Source: an uncultured Pseudomonadales bacterium (lineage in GTDB: Bacteria > Patescibacteriota > Microgenomatia > UBA1400 > CAYXSR01). From it: a stretch of DNA of 64,000 nt. The DNA lies in contig CAYSEI010000001.1 of NCBI GenBank assembly GCA_964430265.1, positions 154,786-218,785 on the forward strand, given 5' to 3'. Numbering within the stretch: position 1 is the first letter of the stretch; each line of letters starts with the position of its first letter. Below are positions 31,559 through 41,165 of this stretch, piece by piece. The notes beneath the pieces are model-generated. The model made no database searches, was not told the DNA's origin, and saw only the letters and a list, made by a program, of their open reading frames with translations. Position numbers and translations under genes: made by a program.

Positions 31559-32679
31559 TTTTTTAAAAATTTATAATGACTGTTCAATATTTTTTTTGAG
31601 GAGATACGATTTGACAGTTTGTTTAGGTTAATGCTTAATTGTCTTCTTAATTTTTTATTTTTATTAACTTCAATTATTTTATCACCAAGAGCTTTATAAT
31701 CGTTTGGTTGAACCATTAGCGAATCCACATTGTCAGTTAATAGTTCTTTTAAATGGGGCAGTTTAGTTGTAATAATAGGAATTTTTAAGTGAATGCTTTC
31801 AATAAGTATATTGGGAAAGATTTGTGTGCCAAAAGGGTGTAAGTAAGGTAATACTATTGCTTTGCTGTTTGAAAGAAATTTCGGTATATCAACAATATCA
31901 TTGAAAATAATATAATCGGAAAGTTTATATTTTTGTATTTGTTTTAATAATTCCCTTTTTTGATAGAAGTTTTTAACTGAAGCAAATTGGAATTTAATAT
32001 TTTCTTTCTTGTGTTTTTTTACTATGTAATTAATGCTTTTTATTAAAACATGTGTTCCCTTAACGTAGTTAAAGTGCCCTATATAAGAAATAACATTTTC
32101 CTTTTTTTTCTGTGGTTGGTTTGTCATTGGTTGAGAAACATTGGGTAAAAGGACAATCTTTTTTTCGGGACAAGAAAGTCCGATTAACTCTTTTTTTTGA
32201 AATTCAGAACTGACAGAATAATAGTCGGCTGAAAAATTTGACAGATTTGCGATATATCGTCCATTTACAGTATTTGATAAAATAAAATATAAGGTTGATA
32301 AGTTAAATCCGCGATTTTCTATCTTTAAATCGTGAAGACTGCTTTCAAATCTTACAATTATATTTTTATGATTTATTAAATCTGCAATATAAGCAAAAGA
32401 CGGATTAGGAAGAATGAGTAGTAACAACTTGTATTTTTTTGCATGTTTTTTTACAAAATTTATGTATTTAAAAACATTGGAGATCAAATATCTGTCTTTC
32501 CATTTGGAGTTTAAATAAGAAAGAATATTATATTCTCTGTCGGCATTTGTTTTAGGGCAAACAATGTCAAAGTCTAAATTTTTTGTATGTAAAAACCTAC
32601 AAAGGTAATCTGTACTCATTGGAGAACCGTCGTAATCCCCAATTTGGTTTCTGAGTAATGCTATTAGTACATCTTTCAT
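31540..32679 (-). CDS. Glycosyltransferase family 1 (GT4-type)
   Basis: C-terminal GT-B domain with the E-x7-E-like region (SKAIVLPYLHPFGTQIFPNILIESIHLKIPIITT). Confidence 0.7.
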   Translation of the reverse strand: MKDVLIALLRNQIGDYDGSPMSTDYLCRFLHTKNLDFDIVCPKTNADREYNILSYLNSKWKDRYLISNVFKYINFVKKHAKKYKLLLLILPNPSFAYIADLINHKNIIVRFESSLHDLKIENRGFNLSTLYFILSNTVNGRYIANLSNFSADYYSVSSEFQKKELIGLSCPEKKIVLLPNVSQPMTNQPQKKKENVISYIGHFNYVKGTHVLIKSINYIVKKHKKENIKFQFASVKNFYQKRELLKQIQKYKLSDYIIFNDIVDIPKFLSNSKAIVLPYLHPFGTQIFPNILIESIHLKIPIITTKLPHLKELLTDNVDSLMVQPNDYKALGDKIIEVNKNKKLRRQLSINLNKLSNRISSKKILNSHYKFLKKCLKNH

Positions 32680-32772
32680 TTTTTTACAATTGGTGAATTT
32701 ATAAACAGTACTATATTTTATCCAATCTATTCTTTTATTGTAAGGGGGTTTATGATAAATTGATTTTAAATT

Positions 32773-33630
32773 ATGTTTGCATATATTATCATTTTTATCT
32801 TTGGATTATGTGTCGGCAGCTTTTTAAACGTGATTATTTATCGCGAAACTGAAGGTGAAGCGGAACAGATGGAGGAAAAAGAAAAAAAAGGTTGGAAAAG
32901 ATTTCTACCTGCCTGGTCCTATGGTAGGTCGTACTGTGATCATTGTAAAAAGGAGATATCCTGGTATGACAATATTCCCCTACTCTCCTATATTTTATTA
33001 CGAGGCAAGTGTAGGCATTGCAACAAAAAAATCAGTTGGCAATACCCTTTGGTGGAGTTTCTGACAGGTATCCAATTTGTCTGGATATATTTTTTGGTTA
33101 AAAACAATCTTGCATTTTTTTCCCAGTTTGAAGGGTTTTACAGTTTTGTTAGTCTGATTTTATGGCTATTACTCGGAGGATTTTTTATTGCAATTTTTGT
33201 TGCGGATGCACGCTACCAGATAATACCCGACGGTGCAGTTTTTGGCGGTATTTTTATTACGTTGTTAAAAATTCTGGTTGATTACAGATATACTGGAATG
33301 ATTGATTTGACTGTTTTTCCCTCTGCCCTACTCTCAAGTTTGTTTTTCCTGTTTTTAATTATAATTACAAAGGGAAAAGGAATGGGTTTTGGAGACGTAA
33401 AACTGGTCTTTATTTTGGGACTTATTTTAGGCTATCCGCGGATTATTGTTGCTTTATTTTTTGCATTCTTGACAGGTGCTTTTATAGGTGTCATACTGAT
33501 GTTACTTGGCGATAGAAAGTTTAAAAGCAAGATAGCTTTTGGTCCCTTTTTAATATTGGGATTTTTAATCGCATTTATATGGGGAAGCAAATTATGGACA
33601 ATTTTTCTACAAGGAGAAGGAGGATGGTAA
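32773..33630 (+). CDS. pilD: Prepilin peptidase / N-methyltransferase PilD (A24 family)
   Basis: N-terminal GLCVGSFLNVIIYR, the Zn tetracysteine CDHCKKEISWYDNIPLLSYILLRGKCRHCNKKISWQYP, and the catalytic Asp boxes GMGFGDVKL. Confidence 0.9.
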   Translation: MFAYIIIFIFGLCVGSFLNVIIYRETEGEAEQMEEKEKKGWKRFLPAWSYGRSYCDHCKKEISWYDNIPLLSYILLRGKCRHCNKKISWQYPLVEFLTGIQFVWIYFLVKNNLAFFSQFEGFYSFVSLILWLLLGGFFIAIFVADARYQIIPDGAVFGGIFITLLKILVDYRYTGMIDLTVFPSALLSSLFFLFLIIITKGKGMGFGDVKLVFILGLILGYPRIIVALFFAFLTGAFIGVILMLLGDRKFKSKIAFGPFLILGFLIAFIWGSKLWTIFLQGEGGW

Positions 33631-34145
33631 GCAAAAAAAAAGGCTTTACGCTTATAGAAATAATTGTGGCCATGATGATTTTAGCAATTTTAAGTGTTGG
33701 ATTGCTGGGAAACTTTTTTAATACACCTCCTAAGGCCAGAGATGCCAAAAGAAAATCAGCTTTAAGGCAAGTTCTTAATTCTCTGGAAATCTATTACAGT
33801 GATAATGGACAATATCCTTATCAAGTAAGCAACCAAATTTCTTGTGATGGAACAAATGCAATTGGATGGGGAGCAACATTTGTGTGTGATAATGAAACAT
33901 ACATGAGCAAACTTCCAGATGATCCTTCCTCAAATCAAACATACTATTATGAAGTAATTGGTACAAACAGACAAGGTTTTAGAATTTATGCAAGGTTGGA
34001 AAATACAGATGACAAATGCTTTGATTCTGCTGATGAATGTTGTGCAGACGGATTTGATGGGACTTCTTGCGGGACCGGAGTGGAATGCAACTATGTTATT
34101 ACTAGTCCAAATGAAACACCAGTGGGGTTACTATGTACACCATAA
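33624..34145 (+). CDS. Prepilin-type N-terminal cleavage/methylation domain protein (pilin 2)
   Basis: MVSKKKGFTLIEIIVAMMILAIL. GGAGG RBS at 33618-33622. Cys-rich C-terminus. Confidence 0.8.
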   Translation: MVSKKKGFTLIEIIVAMMILAILSVGLLGNFFNTPPKARDAKRKSALRQVLNSLEIYYSDNGQYPYQVSNQISCDGTNAIGWGATFVCDNETYMSKLPDDPSSNQTYYYEVIGTNRQGFRIYARLENTDDKCFDSADECCADGFDGTSCGTGVECNYVITSPNETPVGLLCTP

Positions 34146-34657
34146 ATATAAACAAAAAGGGTTTTACTTTAATTGAAATTTTAGTTGCAATTGCAATAAT
34201 CGGAATTTTGGCAACAATGCTTCTTGCTAATTTTCAGGGAATTCGTGCCCGTGCCAGGGATGCACAAAGAAAAAGGGATTTAAATGAATTAAGAACTGCA
34301 CTCAGACTTTTTTACAATGATAACCAGTCATATCCCTTAAATGTTCCTAATCGTGACAGTGGAGGTAGTGAAGAAGATGAACAAAAAATTACGTGTCTAA
34401 CATCAGGCACTGCTGGTACAGGAGATGCTTTGGATTGGGGAGATGCTTTTGAATGCGGTGGAACCACATATATGCAGGAGCTTCCTGAAGACCCATTAGA
34501 GGGACATATAAGATATTATTATGAAGTGGGTAACAATGGTGACAGTTTTTCACTTTGGGCATGTTTAGAAAACCAGGCGGATCCGGATGCTGTTGGATGC
34601 CATGGTTATATGTTTGCATGTAGTAGTGGTGATTGTTTTAAAGTTTCTGCAAATTAA
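34133..34657 (+). CDS. Prepilin-type protein (pilin 3)
   Basis: NKKGFTLIEILVAIAIIGILATML. Confidence 0.8.
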   Translation: MYTININKKGFTLIEILVAIAIIGILATMLLANFQGIRARARDAQRKRDLNELRTALRLFYNDNQSYPLNVPNRDSGGSEEDEQKITCLTSGTAGTGDALDWGDAFECGGTTYMQELPEDPLEGHIRYYYEVGNNGDSFSLWACLENQADPDAVGCHGYMFACSSGDCFKVSAN

Positions 34658-34666
34658 GGAGGAAAA

Positions 34667-35071
34667 ATGAAAAAAATTAAAAAGGGATTTACCCTGCTTG
34701 AACTACTGGTGGTAATTTCAATTATTGGAATATTAATAGCAGTTGGTACAGTAGCCTACTCTACTGCGCAAAAAAAAGGAAGGGATGCAAAAAGAAAAGG
34801 TGATCTTAGATCAATCCAAAATGCTATGGAAGAATGTTATGCTCTTGACACTTCATACCCTACTTCTGTACCTGCTGTGGGGAATTCATTAACGTGTGGA
34901 GGAGAAACTATAATTGAATCTTTCCCAGAAGATCCAAAAGGAGGAAGCTGTTCTTATCATTATACTCTTTCAGCAGACAGTTATACTATTTGGGCAGACT
35001 TAGAAGGTTCATCAGCGGGATGCGATGGAAATTATGACTCTGATGATTTCAGAATCACAAACTTACAATAA
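34667..35071 (+). CDS. Prepilin-type protein (pilin 4)
   Basis: MKKIKKGFTLLELLVVISIIGILIAV. AGGAGG RBS. Confidence 0.8.
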   Translation: MKKIKKGFTLLELLVVISIIGILIAVGTVAYSTAQKKGRDAKRKGDLRSIQNAMEECYALDTSYPTSVPAVGNSLTCGGETIIESFPEDPKGGSCSYHYTLSADSYTIWADLEGSSAGCDGNYDSDDFRITNLQ

Positions 35072-35080
35072 GGAGAAAAA

Positions 35081-35494
35081 ATGGAAAAAAAAGGATTTAC
35101 TTTTATAGAAATTTTGGTGGTTACTGTTTTAATAGGAGTTTTAGCAGCTATTGGTATAGTGTCTTTTTCAGGAATAAATAAAAAAGCACGCGACGGTAAA
35201 AGAAAATCAGATGTAGAACAAATCCGCTCTGCTCTGGAAATGTATAGGTCTGATAATGGATACTACCCTACTACGGGATCACTTGTTAGTGGAATAAGTC
35301 CAGGAACTGATCCATACATAAATGATATGCCTGAAACTCCGGAAACTGGTGATTGTACGACTGGATCAAACAGTTATGAAAATTGTTATGAAGCTTCTCC
35401 TACAGGATGCGATAATACTTCAACTTATTGTTATGGTTATGAAATCGGAATTCCTCTGGAAGTCGGGTCAAGCTATGTTAAACAAAATCCTTAA
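35081..35494 (+). CDS. Prepilin-type protein (pilin 5)
   Basis: MEKKGFTFIEILVVTVLIGVLAAI. AAGGAG RBS. Confidence 0.8.
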   Translation: MEKKGFTFIEILVVTVLIGVLAAIGIVSFSGINKKARDGKRKSDVEQIRSALEMYRSDNGYYPTTGSLVSGISPGTDPYINDMPETPETGDCTTGSNSYENCYEASPTGCDNTSTYCYGYEIGIPLEVGSSYVKQNP

Positions 35495-35984
35495 GCATAA
35501 AAAAACGGGATTTACTTTAATTGAAGTTTTAATTGTAGTTTTAATTATTGGTGTTTTAACTTCAATAGGTGTTGCCTCTTACAATTCTTTTAATGAAAGA
35601 AAAAAAGTTGAAGTTGCAGCGGATAACTTTACAAAAGTGTTGCGTTCTATGCAAAGTAAAGCTGTAAACGGGCAAAAAGATTGTTCTGTTTGTGGTGGAG
35701 CAGACAGTGATTGTACAACAGATGATGGTGACGAGCGCTTGTCGGGTTGGTTTGTTAGTCATGTAAATGCACAACAGTATACTACTCACGGTGAATGCGG
35801 GGCAAGTAGTTTTGCTTCCAGGACGTATAATTTGGAAAATGATGTTAGTGTAACCGATTTTGGACAAATCCAATTTTTGCCTTTGGGAGATACAGCTCTT
35901 GGAAGCGGGCAAACAGCAGTTTTTATAAACTCCCGAGGCTATTCAGTTGAGGTGCAAATTGATGAAAACGGAAATGTTGAATAA
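35475..35984 (+). CDS. Prepilin-type protein (pilin 6)
   Basis: MLNKILKHKKTGFTLIEVLIVVLIIGVLTS. Start reassigned to ATG 35475. The ORF-track N-terminal extension is read-through of the overlap with pilin 5. Confidence 0.75.
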   Translation: MLNKILKHKKTGFTLIEVLIVVLIIGVLTSIGVASYNSFNERKKVEVAADNFTKVLRSMQSKAVNGQKDCSVCGGADSDCTTDDGDERLSGWFVSHVNAQQYTTHGECGASSFASRTYNLENDVSVTDFGQIQFLPLGDTALGSGQTAVFINSRGYSVEVQIDENGNVE

Positions 35985-36435
35985 ATCATATAAAAAAGGT
36001 CAAACAATGTTGGAAATAGTTTTTGTTATTGGGGCTACGGTTGTAACTTTAGTTGCATTAACAAGTGCAGTTGTACTCAGTTTAAGAAATATAGACCATG
36101 CCAAACGCTCGTCTCAAGCTAATAAAATTGTACAAAAGAAACTTGAAGCTGCTAGGATCTATAGAGATCAACAAGGATTTGACTGGGCCACTTCTGGAAT
36201 AAGCTGCAGGGATAATATAACAAGCTCTTCTACAGGATCAGAAATGTGTGCTGGCTCGTGTGATAATTGCAGTGTTTGGGAGCCAATAGCTTCAACTGGA
36301 TTTAATCAGCAGATTGAAATAGAATCTGTAGTTGATGAAAAGAAAATAATAACGGTCCGTGTAGCATGGGGAGAAAATAATAAACACATTGTTGATTCCC
36401 AAACAATAATCAGCAAATGGGAGAAACATGAATAA
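35974..36435 (+). CDS. Pseudopilin/minor pilin (pilin 7)
   Basis: MLNKSYKKGQTMLEIVFVIGATVVTLVAL has the G-x-x-x-x-E prepilin cleavage pattern. Same MLNK start style as pilin 6. Confidence 0.65.
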   Translation: MLNKSYKKGQTMLEIVFVIGATVVTLVALTSAVVLSLRNIDHAKRSSQANKIVQKKLEAARIYRDQQGFDWATSGISCRDNITSSSTGSEMCAGSCDNCSVWEPIASTGFNQQIEIESVVDEKKIITVRVAWGENNKHIVDSQTIISKWEKHE

Positions 36436-36892
36436 AAAGGCTTTTTCATTGATAGAGTTGCTTATTTCCGTAGCAGTTTTGGGAGTTATAATCACATTAA
36501 TTGTGGGAGTGTTTTTTGCCAATGTTAGAGGTCAAAGAAGAGTGAATTCCCAATCTTACATTAAAGACAGCGGTGATTACGCACTATTGATTTTAAAAAA
36601 GAAAATACGTAATGCTAAGGAATTGGAGACGTGTAATTCAAGCGAAGTAAGGATTTTAAATACTGAAGGTGAAGAAACAGTTTTTACATGTAGTGGGAAT
36701 ATTCTATATTATGACGGTGACACACTGATCCCCAGTGATTTGCAGTTAGACAGTGATGACTGTTTTACTTGTTATACTTCGGAGAGTCCGCCTGTTGTAG
36801 AAGTTTCTTTTACTCTTGAAAATAATAAAACTGGAATACTTGAAGGAGCGGAACAAGAGTTTGGAGCAACAATGTCATTAAGAACATATTAA
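36428..36892 (+). CDS. Pseudopilin/minor pilin (pilin 8)
   Basis: MNKKAFSLIELLISVAVLGVIITL (Ala at -1). Confidence 0.7.
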   Translation: MNKKAFSLIELLISVAVLGVIITLIVGVFFANVRGQRRVNSQSYIKDSGDYALLILKKKIRNAKELETCNSSEVRILNTEGEETVFTCSGNILYYDGDTLIPSDLQLDSDDCFTCYTSESPPVVEVSFTLENNKTGILEGAEQEFGATMSLRTY

Positions 36893-36937
36893 AAAAAGAA
36901 TTGACTTTTATACAAACTTTTATTTATTATAGTAATA

Positions 36938-37690
36938 ATGAACTTGAAGGAAAATAAATCAGGGCAAATAGCAATGATTGCTTTATTGGTAATGGTAGTA
37001 GTACTTACCGTAGGCTTGGCAGTTATCTCCCAAACAGTTACTGATATCTCAATTTCCGAGGATGAAAAAGAAGCAATACGTGCTTTTTCCGCAGCAGAAG
37101 CAGGAATAGAAGAAATTCTAAAAGAAACTAATATTCAATCTAATGCATATACAATTGATGATACTGACGTAAATGTTGAAGTAGCAGAAATTTCCGATGA
37201 TTTTACCCAAACTTTGGATAAAGGGGAAACAATGACAGTCTTCTGGAATGCTGTAGCAGGTCCGGAAGATTTGACTGTTAACTGGGTGGATGGAACTAAA
37301 GATAATGAACAAGATGATTTGGCAACTTTAGCAATATCAATTTTCCATAGTAATGGAGATGTAACAAGAACTGGATGGTCTCCTAATAATGCGCGTGCGG
37401 GACAAGAAGGATTTACAGAAGTTTCTGCGGGCGGTGCCGACGAATTTCTAAGAGGAAACACAATTGGTCTTACTACAAATGACGAATTTATAAGAATCAA
37501 AGCATTAGTTGATGAAACAACAGTTCGTGTAAGCAATGCTAACCTTCCTAAACAAGCATTTAATTTAACTTCAACTGCAGTTACTCCACAAGAAAAAGCA
37601 AGCCGAGTAGTTGTTAAAAAAACGCTTCCGGTTATGTTACCTCTATTTGATTATGTATTGTTTTCAAAAGGTAATATTACCAAGAGTTAA
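36938..37690 (+). CDS. PilX-like minor pilin (pilin 9)
   Basis: N-terminal SGQIAMIALLVMVVVLTVGLAVIS resembles the PilX_N domain. 250 aa. Confidence 0.55.
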   Translation: MNLKENKSGQIAMIALLVMVVVLTVGLAVISQTVTDISISEDEKEAIRAFSAAEAGIEEILKETNIQSNAYTIDDTDVNVEVAEISDDFTQTLDKGETMTVFWNAVAGPEDLTVNWVDGTKDNEQDDLATLAISIFHSNGDVTRTGWSPNNARAGQEGFTEVSAGGADEFLRGNTIGLTTNDEFIRIKALVDETTVRVSNANLPKQAFNLTSTAVTPQEKASRVVVKKTLPVMLPLFDYVLFSKGNITKS

Positions 37691-37698
37691 GGAGACAG

Positions 37699-38715
37699 AT
37701 GCCTGCCCACGTAGGATTAGATATCGGTGCGAAATCCATTAAATTAGTAGAAGTCCAAAAAAAATCCAACGAATTAGTTTTGGAAACTTGGGGTAAAATT
37801 GCTAACCCCGGAAATATTTATTCCACTGAAGAAGAAGAAATTGAGAAAATTGTTGAGGCAATAAAAAAAATCGTTAATGAAACTGAAGTAAATAGTAATA
37901 AAGTTGCTGTTTCCTTGTCTGAAACTTCAGCATTTTCACAAGTAATTGAGATTCCTCCCCTCTCCCCTCGTGAACTATCAACTGCAATTAAGTTTGAAGC
38001 TGAACAATACATACCAATTCCTATGGACAAGGTTCATTTGGATTATTCAATAATACATACTCCTCCCAAAGGATCAGAAAATAAAAAAATGAAAGTTTTG
38101 CTTGTTGCTGCTAAAAAAACTGCAGTAAATACAACAATCAAATTAGTAGAAAAAGCAGGCTTAGCTCCAATTATGATGGAAACAGAGATGTTAGCACTTT
38201 CAAGAATAATAGATAATTATTATCCGGATAAAAGTATATTAATGATTGATTTGGGTTACAAATCAACGGATATTTCAATAATCAGTCACGGAAAAATACA
38301 CTTTTTACGTACTGTTAAAACCGGTGGAGAAGCTTTTACACGGGCTATTGCGCAAAATTTACGGATGAGCTTTTCTCAAGCACAGCAATATAAGGAGACT
38401 TATGGTTTGGATAAAACTCAACTGGAAGGTAAAATCTTTCAAGCACTTATGCCTGTATTTGATGTAGTTACAAAAGGAATAAAAAGAAGCTTAATATATT
38501 TTCAAAAACAAAGTGGTGTTGAAAAAGTTACTCTTGGAGTTTTATCAGGAGGAGGTGCTAGGATGAGGGGGCTTCCAAATTACTTGACCGGGGAGCTTGA
38601 CCTTGAAATGACAGTTCTTGATCCTTTTGCGAATTTTACTGAGAATTCAGTTTTGGAACAACTAAGTACTCGTGAAGGATTTTCTGTTGCTGTTGGATTA
38701 GCACTAAAGCAATAA
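37699..38715 (+). CDS. pilM: Type IV pilus assembly protein PilM (actin-like ATPase fold)
   Basis: N-terminal VGLDIGAKSIKLVEV and the actin/FtsA-like phosphate loops. Confidence 0.85.
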   Translation: MPAHVGLDIGAKSIKLVEVQKKSNELVLETWGKIANPGNIYSTEEEEIEKIVEAIKKIVNETEVNSNKVAVSLSETSAFSQVIEIPPLSPRELSTAIKFEAEQYIPIPMDKVHLDYSIIHTPPKGSENKKMKVLLVAAKKTAVNTTIKLVEKAGLAPIMMETEMLALSRIIDNYYPDKSILMIDLGYKSTDISIISHGKIHFLRTVKTGGEAFTRAIAQNLRMSFSQAQQYKETYGLDKTQLEGKIFQALMPVFDVVTKGIKRSLIYFQKQSGVEKVTLGVLSGGGARMRGLPNYLTGELDLEMTVLDPFANFTENSVLEQLSTREGFSVAVGLALKQ

Positions 38716-38716
38716 A

Positions 38717-39283
38717 ATGAAAAATAATGAAATAGATTTTCTAAAAGGTAAATCTGAAGAGATTCGAAATAAAAAACGTCGTAGCAGACTTATTAAAACT
38801 TTTTCTTTTGCTATGATTATTTTGTATTTAATTGTAACCGGTGCCACATTTGGAATGTATTATCTAAAAAAGAATAATATTAATGCAGTAGATGCACAAA
38901 TCAGTTCAATTACAGATGAAATAAGTGATATGCAAACTAAGGAAACTAAGCAGATTTTACTGGCTAATAAGCTAGAAACAATTGCACCTTTATTAGACTC
39001 AAAAAAAGAACACAAATTATTAATAGGTACAGTATTTGAAATTGTACCTGAAAACGTATCTGTCAGTAATTTTCGCATAACCGAAGGAAATGTTTTGGAA
39101 TTTAGTATTAGTTCGCAAGATTTTGAAGCGATTAAACAATTTTTCTTTAATCTTAAATTAGAGAAATATCCTTTAACAATAGAAGAAGCAAAAATTGAAA
39201 ATTTCACTTTTAACAAAGAAAACAATTACTCAATGGGTATAAAGCTGAAAGTTAATCAATTGGAAAGAAATAATGAAGACTGA
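38717..39283 (+). CDS. pilN: PilN-like bitopic assembly protein
   Basis: Single N-terminal TM segment, then coiled-coil. Immediately follows pilM with a 1-nt gap. Confidence 0.6.
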   Translation: MKNNEIDFLKGKSEEIRNKKRRSRLIKTFSFAMIILYLIVTGATFGMYYLKKNNINAVDAQISSITDEISDMQTKETKQILLANKLETIAPLLDSKKEHKLLIGTVFEIVPENVSVSNFRITEGNVLEFSISSQDFEAIKQFFFNLKLEKYPLTIEEAKIENFTFNKENNYSMGIKLKVNQLERNNED

Positions 39284-39995
39284 AATGTCACCTGAGGACA
39301 GAGAAAAACTAATACCTTTAGTTACAGCTGTTTTTATATTCCTGGGGGGGGTTTTCATACTAAAACCATTTATTGCCAAAACAATTGATCTAAATGATAA
39401 GCTAAAAGACGAAAAAGTCAAACTTTCTAAATTAAAGAAGAAACTTGAAGTACTTGAAAATCTTAATGAAGAACAATTAGATGAAAATGTTAAAAAGGTA
39501 GAAACAATTTTACCATCGCAAAAACCGGTTATTACAGTATTAAACTCATTGTTTAATCTGGCCAATCAACAAGACGTAATTTTAGGAGAAATTTCTTTTA
39601 GTCCTGGAGAAATAAAGCAGGAAGAAACAAAAGAGGAAAAGAAAAAAGTAAATAAAGAAGGTGAACAATTAGCAGTAAATTTTAATATTACTGGAAACTT
39701 AGAAGATATTACAGATTTTCTGGACAAACTAGAACTGCAAACACCTTTATCCAGGCTTGAAGGATTTGGTTTAAATGTTGAAAACAAACAAGAAACAACA
39801 ACGGCACTAAACTTAAAAGTATTCTACCTTCCCCTACCTGAGACATTGGGCAAGATTAGTGATCCTTTGCCAGTTCTGAATAAAAAAGAACAAGATGTGC
39901 TTGCTGAACTGGAAAATTTTGAAGATTTTACTGCCGACGAAACAGTAGTCATAGAAACAAGCGGTGGAAAGTCAAATCCGTTTAAGCTTAACTAA
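39273..39995 (+). CDS. pilO: PilO-like bitopic assembly protein
   Basis: Single TM segment and a coiled-coil KLKDEKVKLSKLKKKLEVLENL. Overlaps the pilN stop. Confidence 0.55.
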   Translation: MKTEMSPEDREKLIPLVTAVFIFLGGVFILKPFIAKTIDLNDKLKDEKVKLSKLKKKLEVLENLNEEQLDENVKKVETILPSQKPVITVLNSLFNLANQQDVILGEISFSPGEIKQEETKEEKKKVNKEGEQLAVNFNITGNLEDITDFLDKLELQTPLSRLEGFGLNVENKQETTTALNLKVFYLPLPETLGKISDPLPVLNKKEQDVLAELENFEDFTADETVVIETSGGKSNPFKLN

Positions 39996-40002
39996 ATAAG
40001 AT

Positions 40003-40236
40003 TTATTCTTCTAAATAAAGAAAGACTTTTTTATCTGATTGAACACCTTTTACTCTGACAATCTCTCGAATAGCTTTGATTACTTTGCCATTTTTACCTA
40101 TGACTCTACCCATATCTTCTGAATTAACAGACAATAAATATTCGATTTTGTCACTGGATTCGCTTTTTTTTGTTATTTCTACGTCTTTGGGATACTCTAC
40201 AATAGAGTTTACAATATATTTAATTAGTTCTTCCAT
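40003..40236 (-). CDS. KH-domain RNA-binding protein (YlqC/UPF0109 family)
   Basis: KH GxxG loop VIGKNGKVIKAIREIV. Sits in the conserved rpsP-KH neighbourhood. Confidence 0.8.
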   Translation of the reverse strand: MEELIKYIVNSIVEYPKDVEITKKSESSDKIEYLLSVNSEDMGRVIGKNGKVIKAIREIVRVKGVQSDKKVFLYLEE

Positions 40237-40466
40237 TAGCTTTTTTCGGCCAAAGATTTAACAGTTGGAGTGGGTTTTGCACCTTTTTTAATCCATTCTT
40301 TGTATTTCTTTTTATCAAGTTTAAATTCTGCCGGTTCTTGGCGTGGATTATAGTATCCGAGTCGGTCCAAATATTTGCCGTCCCTTTTGGATTGTGCTTC
40401 TTGCACTACGATCCTAAAAGAGGGCTGATTTCTTTTACCGGTTTTTGATAGTCTTATTTTTAGCAT
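40236..40466 (-). CDS. rpsP: 30S ribosomal protein S16
   Basis: MLKIRLSKTGKRNQPSFRIVV...RDGKYLDRLGYYNP. Confidence 0.95.
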   Translation of the reverse strand: MLKIRLSKTGKRNQPSFRIVVQEAQSKRDGKYLDRLGYYNPRQEPAEFKLDKKKYKEWIKKGAKPTPTVKSLAEKS

Positions 40467-40496
40467 ATATAGATTTTATCAGTTTTCAATTAATTT

Positions 40497-41165
40497 TCAA
40501 GAGTAAGCCTTTAAAGCGTTTTTTGCTGCATTCTGTTCTGCTTGTTGTTTTGACTTTCCTTTTCCCTTAGCTAATTGTTTGTTGTTGGAGAAAACCGCAA
40601 CTTGAAAGTTTTTTCTATGATCAGGTCCGGAAGTGGAGATAACTTGATATTCAGGGGAAGGTTTACCTTCAGCTTGAATTGTTTCCTGAAGCTTGCTTTT
40701 ATAATTTTTGGGTAGTTTGTCGGAAAAAAGTTTTTCTGCAGGTTCCAGCAAGTATTTCATGGTAAATTCTTTGGCGGATTTATAACCGCTGTCTTGATAG
40801 ATTGCTCCGATTACAGCTTCGAATGTATCTGCAAGTATTGACGGATTGGTTTTACCTCCGGAACGCTCTTCACCTTTAGATAATTTTAAATAATCACCCA
40901 GATTTAATTTTTGTGCTGCTAAATTTAGTGTTTTTGTTTGTACTAATCGGGCTCTTAAAGAAGTTAGTTTGCCTTCTTCCGAATGAATATATTTAGTGTA
41001 CAAAAATTCTGAGACAACCAGCTCCAATACAGCATCTCCTAAATATTCTAATCTTTCGTTTGATTTAAGATTTTCTTCCTGATGTTCATTTAAATACGAG
41101 CGGTGTGTTAAGGCTCTGGATAAGAGGTCTTTATTATTGAATTTGTAAGGTAGATTAATCTTCAT
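40497..41165 (-). CDS. rnc: Ribonuclease III
   Basis: Catalytic signature ERLEYLGDAVLELVVSEFLY and a C-terminal dsRBD. Confidence 0.95.
   Translation of the reverse strand: MKINLPYKFNNKDLLSRALTHRSYLNEHQEENLKSNERLEYLGDAVLELVVSEFLYTKYIHSEEGKLTSLRARLVQTKTLNLAAQKLNLGDYLKLSKGEERSGGKTNPSILADTFEAVIGAIYQDSGYKSAKEFTMKYLLEPAEKLFSDKLPKNYKSKLQETIQAEGKPSPEYQVISTSGPDHRKNFQVAVFSNNKQLAKGKGKSKQQAEQNAAKNALKAYS

Noticed and set aside
35322-35474. N-terminal 51-aa extension of the pilin 6 ORF
   Set aside because: It is read-through of the overlap with pilin 5 in another frame. The prepilin signal begins at ATG 35475 (MLNKILKHKKTGFTLIE).
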